A DNA stretch of 64,000 nucleotides from Myxococcota bacterium (GTDB lineage: Bacteria; Myxococcota_A; UBA9160; UBA4427): the NCBI GenBank assembly GCA_965250285.1, contig OZ252299.1, forward strand, positions 5,607,966 to 5,671,965. The letters are read 5' to 3'. The notes under the pieces were generated by a model. That model was not told the DNA's origin. It was given only the letters and a program-made list of their open reading frames with translations, and did not search any database. Below, piece by piece: positions 42,635-52,423 of this stretch (position 1 is the first letter of the stretch; the number at the start of each line of letters is the position of its first letter). Position numbers and translations under genes: made by a program.

Positions 42635-43398
42635 TCCCGGTCGTGGGCGAACGTGCCGAGGCTGCCCATGAACGACGTCATCCAGCGGCGCGGGGTCACG
42701 CGCCCGAGCACCTCGAGCGCGCGATTGCCGAGGCCCGGGACGACGAGGGGGCCGCGCCGCTTTCGCATCGCGCGCAGCGAGGCGTCGACGACCTTCTCGG
42801 GCGGCATCGCGAAGAAATCGAGCAGGCCGAGAAACCGCTCGAGCCCGGCGCGCCCGAGAAACCCGGTGCGCGTGACGCCGGGGCAGAGGCCCTGCACGTA
42901 GACGCCGCGCCGCTTCGACTGGTACCAGAGCGACTCGCTGAACGACGCGAGGAAGCACTTCGTTGCGACATAGGTGGGTTGCACCGGCGTCGGCAGCCAG
43001 TTGGTGATCGACGAGAGATTGATCAGGGCATCCCCGGGTCGCGCCTGGGCCAGGTGGGCGTGGGCGAGCCGGATGGCCGCCGCACAGTTGACCGACAGGA
43101 TCGCGAGCTCGTCCTCGACGTCGGCGTCGGCGAAGTCGCCGAACAGGCTGTAGCCCGCGTTGTTCACGAGCAGTGCGACCGGCTCGGCGCCCAGGTGATC
43201 GGTGCACCGCGTGAGCCCGGCATCGGTGCCGAGGTCGGCGACGAGCGGCCTGTGGCCTTCACCCGCGAGCTCGGTCATCAGCTCGGCGAGGCGCAGCTCG
43301 TTGCGCGCGACCGCCGTGATCGCGTAGCCCTCGCGCGCGAGTCGCAGCGCAAACGCGCGTCCCAGGCCTTCGCTCGCGCCGGTCACCATGGCTCTCAC
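42631..43398 (-). CDS. short-chain dehydrogenase/reductase (SDR)
   Basis: Within ORF 42631..43596; GTG 43398 is preceded by GAGGAG. VTGASEGLG, NNAG, YVATK (YxxxK). Confidence 0.85.
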   Translation of the reverse strand: MRAMVTGASEGLGRAFALRLAREGYAITAVARNELRLAELMTELAGEGHRPLVADLGTDAGLTRCTDHLGAEPVALLVNNAGYSLFGDFADADVEDELAILSVNCAAAIRLAHAHLAQARPGDALINLSSITNWLPTPVQPTYVATKCFLASFSESLWYQSKRRGVYVQGLCPGVTRTGFLGRAGLERFLGLLDFFAMPPEKVVDASLRAMRKRRGPLVVPGLGNRALEVLGRVTPRRWMTSFMGSLGTFAHDRD

Positions 43399-43423
43399 GA
43401 TCGTTTCTCCTCGCCGGCTCGAA

Positions 43424-45469
43424 TCACCGCAGCCGCCACACTTCGTACACGCCAAAGCGCGCGATCGGCGCGTAGTGCGCGCGGAGATGCGCGTCGAGTC
43501 GGGGCAGGGCGCGTCGCACGCGTCGCCCCGCGTCGTCGTCGACGACGACCACCACCGTCTCGGGCTGGGCGCGCAGGGCGGGGATCCAGCCGCCATCCTC
43601 CAGACCCGCGAGCTCGCGCAGCGGCAGCATGTCGAGCACGGTGTTGTAGATCGCGTAGTCGTGCTCGGGGCGAAGCGGGGGTCGGCCGGTCACGTGGTGG
43701 AGCATCGCGTCGCCGCCGATCAGGAGCAGCGGTGCGGACGGAACCGCGGCGAGGGCGGCGACCAGCGCCTCGACGTCGCCCAGATGGCCGCGTTCGATAT
43801 CGGCTCGCTTCACGGTGAGCCCCTCGGTGCGTGGCAGGGCGAGCGCGCGCGCCGGCGCATCGCGCAGGCGCCACGTGCGCAGCGCCACGGGCCAGGCCAG
43901 CCAGATCGGGACGATGAGCAGGAGCACCGCCATGGCGCTGCGTTGCGCGGTCGACGCGCCAGGGGCAAAGCGGCGCCAGGGCTCGTAGAGCACGATGGCG
44001 AGGAGCGGCATCCACACGGGCTGCGCGAACCAGGCGTTGTGCGCCCCGCGCGGGAACACCTGGTAGCAGAGCAGCGCCGAGAAGAAGGCGATCGGCAGCA
44101 GGGCGCGCAGGCGCGCGCGTTCGGCCGGATCGGGCTCGCCGCGTGCGATGCGCGGACCGAAGACCGCGACCGCGCCGAGCACGATGCCGGTGTGTATCAC
44201 CCAGTCGAAGAGCGAGGCCGACCGCGTGAGCACCGCCGCGGTGTAGAGACGCGGGTTGGCGTGGGGCACGACGAGCACCGCGAGGGCCATGAGGAGGATG
44301 CCGAGGCCCGCCGTCGCCCGCGCCGCCCGGGGCGCGCGCCGGGCGCTGATGAGAAACGCCCCGGCGATCACGCCACTCGCGCCGATCGCGAACGTCGCGA
44401 TGCTGGCCCCCGGTGTCATCGCCGGGATCGCGTAGTTCCGCCGACGCAGGGGGCGCTCGAACATGCCGACGAGCAGGTCATCGAGATGCCCGCTCACGAG
44501 ATAGAAGAGCGCGACGAGCACGACGGGCACGAGGCCGCCGATCGCGAAGGGCAGCGCGCGGCTCTGCACGAAGGCGACGAGCGAGGGGCCGCTCGGCTGG
44601 CGGACGAGCGCGACGGCGACGCAGGCCATGAGGGCGTGGATCGGCGCGATGTGCACGAGATACTCGGCCACGCCCAGAAAGCGCGCGCCCGGCACGAAGA
44701 GCAGGGCTGCGGCGACTGCCCACGCGATCAGCCAGCCGGTGCGACTCGCGCCCGCGCCTTCGCGGGGGCGCGCCTCGAGGCCGGCGAGGGGCACCGCGGC
44801 GACCGCCAGCGACAGTCCGTAGGCGTTCATCACGCCGATGTTCTGCTTGAAGAACACCGCGAGCCCGGCCACGACCCCCGCCGCAACGAGCCCTCGGCGG
44901 CTCGGCGCGTCGCCTTCGCGCTGCAGCGCCCACGCGAGCAGCCCGGCGGCGGCGAGGCAGAGCGGGATCGTGAACAGCGCGGCGTGGGGCGCATTCACGT
45001 TCATGCTGGCGCGGCCCCAGTACACGATGCCGAGCAGGCCGACACCGAACGCGACGGGCAGCGGCACGAGCAGGCGCGCCACGCAGAAGCCGAGCACCAC
45101 GGCCAGCGCCTTCCACACGGCGATCGCCTGGCGCACGAAGAGGATCTCGCCGTCGCCCCCGCGTACGAGCGCGCCCAGCACGGCGATGGCGCCCGGACCG
45201 TAGTCTTCGACGAAGTCGCGGTGGGGCACCTCGCCCTGAGCCATGCGATGGCCCAGGCGCAGCAGGTAGCCCTCGTCGGTCATGTGGAAGGTGCGGTCGA
45301 GCGTCAGCCCGAACCAGAAGAGGGCGAGGCCGAAGAGCAGCAGCCCGCTGCCCGGCTCGAGAGGGCGCCGGATCGGGTGGATCGCCGACGTCGGCGGCGC
45401 ATCGGCGCCGACGCTCGAATCAGCTGCGGTCTCCACCTCGAGAGGACGAGGGCGCTCGTCCACCGTCAC
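43424..45469 (-). CDS. polytopic membrane protein, GT-C-type candidate (ArnT/PMT_2-like)
   Basis: TM1 then the loop DRTFHMTDEGYLLRLGHRMAQGEVPHRDF (DE motif). ~14 hydrophobic segments and a C-terminal soluble domain. The start is uncertain: ATG 45469 overlaps the helicase 3' end by 50 nt; alternative GTG 45436. Confidence 0.5.
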   Translation of the reverse strand: MTVDERPRPLEVETAADSSVGADAPPTSAIHPIRRPLEPGSGLLLFGLALFWFGLTLDRTFHMTDEGYLLRLGHRMAQGEVPHRDFVEDYGPGAIAVLGALVRGGDGEILFVRQAIAVWKALAVVLGFCVARLLVPLPVAFGVGLLGIVYWGRASMNVNAPHAALFTIPLCLAAAGLLAWALQREGDAPSRRGLVAAGVVAGLAVFFKQNIGVMNAYGLSLAVAAVPLAGLEARPREGAGASRTGWLIAWAVAAALLFVPGARFLGVAEYLVHIAPIHALMACVAVALVRQPSGPSLVAFVQSRALPFAIGGLVPVVLVALFYLVSGHLDDLLVGMFERPLRRRNYAIPAMTPGASIATFAIGASGVIAGAFLISARRAPRAARATAGLGILLMALAVLVVPHANPRLYTAAVLTRSASLFDWVIHTGIVLGAVAVFGPRIARGEPDPAERARLRALLPIAFFSALLCYQVFPRGAHNAWFAQPVWMPLLAIVLYEPWRRFAPGASTAQRSAMAVLLLIVPIWLAWPVALRTWRLRDAPARALALPRTEGLTVKRADIERGHLGDVEALVAALAAVPSAPLLLIGGDAMLHHVTGRPPLRPEHDYAIYNTVLDMLPLRELAGLEDGGWIPALRAQPETVVVVVDDDAGRRVRRALPRLDAHLRAHYAPIARFGVYEVWRLR

Positions 45470-46976
45470 GGCGATTGCCTCCCCCTCGCGATCGACCGCC
45501 CCGGCGGCGTCGCTTGCGCGGGCGGTCCCCGTCGCCCCCCGAGTGCGAAGCGCCGTCGTCGCTCTGGCTCTGACCGCCGGCGCGCTCCTCGGCCTCGGCT
45601 GCGGCTTCGGCGCCGATCGGCTTCTTGGCCTTCTTCTTCGGCGCGTCTTCGGTGATGGTCGTCTCGGGTCGGTGATCGTGCAGATAGGCCGCGGCGATGC
45701 CGGCCAGGTCGCGGCGACCTTCGCGGGTCTCGGCCATCTCTTCGACGATCGGGATCAGGCGATCGATCTGCACCTTGAGCTCGTCTTCGGGCGCGTGCCG
45801 CATCTCCTGCTCGACCTTGACCGTCAGACGTTCGCGCAGGCGATTGCGCATGTCCTTCTCGGCGGGCGCCTTGCGCTCGGTCATCGAGATCTTGTTGACG
45901 TGCTGCATGCTCTTGAAGTTGCCGATGTCGAGCCCCGAGACCAGTGAAATCGCGGTGCCCGACTTGCCCGCGCGGCCGGTGCGTCCCGTGCGGTGGACGT
46001 AGGTCTCGGCCGAGTCGCTGGCGGCGTAGCTGATCACGTGGGAGAGGTCGCTGATGTCGATGCCGCGTGCGGCGACGTCGGTGGCGACGAGGAACTTGAG
46101 GTCGCCGGCCTTGATCTTGGCCAGCGCCTTCTCGCGGGCGGCCTGCTGCAGATCGCCCGAGATCTGGTCGGCCTGGAACCCGCGCCGCTGCAGATACGAG
46201 GTGACGTAGCGCACGTCGGCCTTGGTGTTGCAGAAGATGATCGCGCTCTCGGGGTCTTCGTACTCGAGGATGCGCGCGAGCAGCTTCTCCTTCTCGCTCG
46301 CCTGGCACATGTAGAAGACGTGCTCGATCTGCTGCGGGGAGTCGGTCTCCTGATCCATCGCGACGAACTCGGGATCGTTCAGGAAGAACCGCGACAGCGA
46401 CCGCACCTTCTCGGGGATCGTCGCCGAGAACAGGTAGCTGCGGCGCTGCTTCGGGAGGTACGACTCGATCTCGCGCATGTCGGGCCAGAAGCCGAGCGAG
46501 AGCATCTCGTCGGCTTCGTCGAAGACCAGCGTCTTCAGGTGGTCGACGTCCATGCGGCCGTTCGAGAGGTGGTCGAGGATGCGGCCGGGCGTGCCGACCA
46601 CGACGTGCGCCCCCTCCTCGAGGCCCTCGAGCTGGGCGGCGTAGCCGACGCCGCCGTAGACCGCGAGCACGCGCACGCCGGCGTGCGAGCCGAGGGTCTC
46701 GACCTCTTGCTGCACCTGCAGCGCCAGCTCGCGGGTGGGCGCCATCACCAGGGCCTGCACCTGGGGCAGGCTCGTGTCGATGGCCTCGATGATCGGAATG
46801 CCGAAGGCGCCGGTCTTGCCGCTGCCGGTGTGGGCCTGGACGATCAGGTCGCGGCCCTCGCGCATCAGGGGAATCGTGGCGGCCTGGACGGGCATCGCCT
46901 TCGTCCAGCCGAGGTCGTGCAGGGCTTTCTGGATGTTTTCGGGAATGCCCTGGAATACAGCGTCGAGTTCACTCAT
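45420..46976 (-). CDS. DEAD-box ATP-dependent RNA helicase with RGG-rich C-terminal tail
   Basis: Within ORF 45420..47027; ATG 46976 (MSELDAVF). AHTGSGKTGAF, VFDEADEM, SAT, HRTGRTGRAG. Confidence 0.9.
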   Translation of the reverse strand: MSELDAVFQGIPENIQKALHDLGWTKAMPVQAATIPLMREGRDLIVQAHTGSGKTGAFGIPIIEAIDTSLPQVQALVMAPTRELALQVQQEVETLGSHAGVRVLAVYGGVGYAAQLEGLEEGAHVVVGTPGRILDHLSNGRMDVDHLKTLVFDEADEMLSLGFWPDMREIESYLPKQRRSYLFSATIPEKVRSLSRFFLNDPEFVAMDQETDSPQQIEHVFYMCQASEKEKLLARILEYEDPESAIIFCNTKADVRYVTSYLQRRGFQADQISGDLQQAAREKALAKIKAGDLKFLVATDVAARGIDISDLSHVISYAASDSAETYVHRTGRTGRAGKSGTAISLVSGLDIGNFKSMQHVNKISMTERKAPAEKDMRNRLRERLTVKVEQEMRHAPEDELKVQIDRLIPIVEEMAETREGRRDLAGIAAAYLHDHRPETTITEDAPKKKAKKPIGAEAAAEAEERAGGQSQSDDGASHSGGDGDRPRKRRRRGGRSRGGGNRRDGGRAPSSSRGGDRS

Positions 46977-47000
46977 GAGGGGCGGCAGGCTAGCAGGTCT

Positions 47001-47409
47001 GCGCTCGGCTGCGGACGCCCGGAGCACGGCATCTCCGGCACCTTCTCCCTGCGCCGACCTTCACCGTTCTTGCGCTCGGCTGCGGACGCGTGGAGCACCC
47101 CAGCTCCGGCACCTTCTCCCTGCGCCGATCCTCGGCGTACACGAGTACGCCTGCGGCCGGCTTCGGTCCGAGGGCGCCGGATCTGTGGCACTCCACGCGC
47201 CCTCGCTGCGAGCGACGTGACGGGGGAGAGTGCTCGGCTGCGGTCGTGTGGAGCACCTCAGCTCCGGCACCTTCTCCCTGCGCCGATCCTCGGCGTACAC
47301 GAGTACGCCTGCGGCCGGCTTCGGTCCGAGGGCGCCGGATCTGTGGCACTCGACGCGCCCTCGCTGCGAGCGACGTGAGGGGGGAGAGTGCTCGGCTGCG
47401 GACGTGCGG
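47001..47409. repeat. 158-bp tandem repeat: two full copies plus truncated copies at both ends
   Basis: Full copies at 47072-47229 and 47230-47387, nearly identical. A 71-bp partial copy at 47001-47071 and a ~22-bp partial copy at 47388-47409. Each full copy carries the hairpin GGCGTAC-ACGA-GTACGCC (47134-47151 and 47292-47309). Confidence 0.9.
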
Positions 47410-47529
47410 CCTTGCTGGGACGACGATGTGGGATTCTCGATGTCTTTGGCGTCGGGTGCGGGATCTGGGGAGTGGGGACGGGGGCTCTCGGCCCGCGGTG
47501 GTGGGGGGAGGCTGCTAGATTGGGCCGCC

Positions 47530-47829
47530 ATGTCGACGTTTACCCGTGAGGACGTGATTCGTGTGGCCGAGCTGGCGCGGCTCGAGCTGAGCGACGACGA
47601 GGCCGAGCGCATGAGCGCCGAGCTCGGGCTGATCCTCGATCACGTCGAGGCGCTGCAGGCGCTCGATACCGAAGGCATCGTGCCGACGGCCCACGCGATC
47701 CCGCTGGCGACGCCGATGCGGGCCGACGTGCCCGAGCCGGGCATCGACCCCGACCGTGCGCTCGCCAACGCGCCCCGGCGGGAGGGCGACGCGTTCGCCG
47801 TACCCAAGGTGCTCGAGGACGACGGATGA
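47530..47829 (+). CDS. gatC: Asp/Glu-tRNA amidotransferase subunit C
   Basis: Within ORF 47230..47829; ATG 47530. MSTFTREDVIRVAELARLELSDDE is a typical GatC N-terminus. Confidence 0.9.
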   Translation: MSTFTREDVIRVAELARLELSDDEAERMSAELGLILDHVEALQALDTEGIVPTAHAIPLATPMRADVPEPGIDPDRALANAPRREGDAFAVPKVLEDDG

Positions 47830-49297
47830 GCGACGCGCGCGTCCCCGAAGACAGCCTGGCGGGCCAGCGAGCGGCCCTCGAAGCCGGCGAGTCGACGTCG
47901 GCCGGTCTGGTGGCGCAGGCGCTCGAGCGCTGCGCGGGGCCGGGGCGACGGCTCGGCGCGGTGATCGGCCTGCGCGAAGACGCAGCGCGGGCCGACGCCG
48001 AGGCGGCCGATGCCCGCCGCGCCGCCGGTGATGTGCGCGGGCCCCTCGATGGCGTGCCGCTGCTCTTGAAGGACAACATGGTGCAGCGCGGCGAGCCGAC
48101 GAGCTGCGCCTCGCGCATTCTCGAAGGCTTCGTATCGCCCTATGACAGCACGGTCGTCGAGCGGCTGCAGGCCGCCGGCGCCGTCATCGTGGGCCGCGCG
48201 AACATGGACGAGTTCGCGATGGGCAGCTCGACCGAGAACTCGGTGTACGGGCCGGCGAAGAACCCGTTCGACGAGACGCGCACCTGCGGCGGATCGTCGG
48301 GGGGCTCGGCGGCCGCGGTCGCCGCGGGGCTCGTGCCCTTCGCGCTCGGCAGCGACACGGGGGGATCGATCCGACAGCCCGCATCGTTCTGCGGGGTCAC
48401 CGGCCTCAAGCCCACATACGGACGTATCTCGCGCTGGGGGCTCGTCGCGTTCGCGTCGTCGCTCGATCAGATCGGGCCGTTCACGCACACCGCCGAAGAG
48501 GCCGCATGGGTGCTGCAGGCGATCGCCGGCCACGATCCGCGCGATTCGACGTCGATCCCGGCGGCGGTGCCCGACTTCGCCGCCGAGCTCTCGGGGGACG
48601 TCTCGGGGCTGACGATCGGCATCCCGCACGAAGCCTTCGAGACCGCGGGCCTCGACGCCGACGTGCGTGCGCTCGTCGAAGCGGCGATCGCCGAGATCGA
48701 GGCGGCAGGCGCCAAGACGATGCCCGTGCAGCTCCCGCACCTGAAGTACGGCGTCGACGCCTACTACGTGATCGCGACCGCCGAAGCGTCGAGCAACCTC
48801 GCGCGCTTCGACGGCGCAAGGTACGGCCGCCGCGCCGAGGGCGTGCGCGATCTCGACGAGATGTACCGGCGCTCGCGCAGCGAGGGCTTCGGGGACGAGG
48901 TGAAGCGGCGCATCCTGCTGGGCACGTTCGTGCTTTCGGCGGGCTACTACGACGCGTACTACAAGAAGGCGCAGCAGGTGCGGACGCTCGTGCGCGGCGA
49001 CTTCGACCGCGCCTTCGAGCAGTGCGACGTCGTGGCGATGCCGACGTATCCCGAGCCGGCCTTCCCCCTCGGTGAGAAGAGCGAGGATCCGCTCTCGATG
49101 TATCTCGGCGACATCTTCACGGTCACGGCGAACCTCGCGGGTCTGCCCGGCGTCTCGATCCCGTGTGGCGAGACGCAGGGGCTGCCGGTCGGCCTGCAGC
49201 TGCTCGGCGCTCCGCTCGAAGAGGGGCGGCTGCTGCGGGTGGCCGACGCGTTCCAGCGCCGCACCGAGCATCACCTCGCCAGGCCGGAGGATGTGAA

Positions 49298-49301
<4 letters not shown>
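47826..49301 (+). CDS. gatA: Asp/Glu-tRNA amidotransferase subunit A
   Basis: Amidase signature GGSSGGSAAAVA and GSDTGGSIRQPA. ATGA overlap with gatC. Confidence 0.95.
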
Positions 49302-50821
<1,520 letters not shown>

Positions 50822-50988
50822 GCGGCGGGGTCTGCGAGGGGCGTTCTCGCTCGCTCGGCTCCCGCATAGGTCGCCTGAGACACGTTCGCTCGGGCACGCG
50901 GGCCACTCCGAAGCGATCCGATGGGATCGCGCGACGCCACTTGGGTAATCTGTGCGTTCGGGTCGGGAGGGATGCTGAGGAAGACGTC

Positions 50989-52191
50989 GTGGTGCGTGTT
51001 GCTGTTCTCATTCCGATTCTCGCGCTGACTCAGATCGGCTGCACCGAGGTCGAGCCCGCGAGCGATGAGCCGCCGCGCATCGAGCTCGTGTCCGACGCCC
51101 GCGAGGCAGTCGTCGAGCAGCTGAGCTGCAGCGGGTTCGACCCGATGGAAGGCGCCATCGACTGCGCGCTCTCGGCCGAGTGGCCGTCCTCGCCGGACGC
51201 CGCCTTCGGCCCCTTCTCGGACGCCTTTCACCGCTCGACGGTGACGCCGACCGCCTTCTCGTTCACGGCGGAGGCGCGTCAGCACTTCACGCAGCCCGCG
51301 ACGACACCGCCTTTCGGGATCATCGACAACGAATTCGTCTGGTTCGACGTCACCTTCGACGTGCTGCAGCCGGTGCGCATCAACATGTCGGGGCTCAAGG
51401 AGGCCGATCTGACGGCGGTCAGCGAAGCGGATGTCTTCTTGTATCGCGGAACCGACGTCGAGTACCGGCCGATCCACCCCTTCGAGCGCAACGGGTTCGA
51501 CGACTCGCGTGTACTCGAGCCGGACCGCTACCGGCTCTTCGCGCAGGCGCTCGCGCCCAACTGGGTGAATGGATCGATGGCCGATGTGGAGCTCGACGTG
51601 ACGTTCGAGCCCGCCGACGCGATGCCGCCGAGGTCGCCCAGCACGGGCGACGAGGTGGTCGTCGCGGTCGATGCCCGATCGGCCGAGCGCACCGAGCTCG
51701 ATTGCCGTTCGGTCGCGGCGGGGCCGTGCCCCGAGCCCCAGGTCGTCGTGACCGGACCCCCGGCCCCCGGTGCGGACTGGGTTACCGACACCTTCGATTC
51801 GACGTTCGATCTCGCGGCCGGCACGGCGAGCGCTGTGGCCTGGACCAGGCGTGAGGGCCTGCTCTCGGCTCCAGGGGGGGCACCCGGCGACTACGCGACG
51901 CGCGATGCGTTCGTCTACGACGTCACGTTCGAGGCGCGCGCGCGGGTCGAGCTCGAGATCGAAGGCAACCGGGGTGCGATTTCTCCGTGTGAGGCCTCGT
52001 TCGAGGTGTACCGCGGCTCGGCGAAGCTCTTCGACGCCATCTCGTCTGCGCCGGGTTCGACGTTCTCGTATCGCGGCGTGCTCGAGCCCGGCCCGTTTCG
52101 AATCGTCGCGACGGCCGGGGGCGGTTTCGATTGCTTGTATTCCTCAACATTCGATTTCGAAGCTGCATGGTGGCCGGTCGAGTCACGCTGA
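50989..52191 (+). CDS. hypothetical lipoprotein
   Basis: Within ORF 50941..52191; GTG 50989 sits 5 nt after GAGGAAG. VVRVAVLIPILALTQIGC has a lipobox. I recognised no domain. Confidence 0.5.
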   Translation: MVRVAVLIPILALTQIGCTEVEPASDEPPRIELVSDAREAVVEQLSCSGFDPMEGAIDCALSAEWPSSPDAAFGPFSDAFHRSTVTPTAFSFTAEARQHFTQPATTPPFGIIDNEFVWFDVTFDVLQPVRINMSGLKEADLTAVSEADVFLYRGTDVEYRPIHPFERNGFDDSRVLEPDRYRLFAQALAPNWVNGSMADVELDVTFEPADAMPPRSPSTGDEVVVAVDARSAERTELDCRSVAAGPCPEPQVVVTGPPAPGADWVTDTFDSTFDLAAGTASAVAWTRREGLLSAPGGAPGDYATRDAFVYDVTFEARARVELEIEGNRGAISPCEASFEVYRGSAKLFDAISSAPGSTFSYRGVLEPGPFRIVATAGGGFDCLYSSTFDFEAAWWPVESR

Positions 52192-52423
52192 CCCGACGCC
52201 GTGCGGGTTCGGAACGCGACACTTCTCGGTCCGCCGACGCCTGCGCAAACCACGTCGCTGCGGTCGCATTGCGCATCGCCTGCCAACGCATGCGCACGCG
52301 ATGCGGCGCCTGTGCAGCTACGCAAAAAATGTGGGGATCATCACCCAGGGTCTGAGCCGAACCTGCCGAAACGTGACCATCGGACGGGGTGTCCGAGCAC
52401 GGTTTGCGTTTCGGGGGGAGAGC

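Noticed and set aside
47090-47518. ORFs drawn through the 158-bp repeats (46735..47220, 46990..47349(-), 47061..47612(-), 47090..47518, and 47230..47829 upstream of gatC).
   Set aside because: They just re-read the duplicated unit, giving identical peptide blocks. They are low-complexity and overlap each other on both strands. gatC has its own ATG at 47530.
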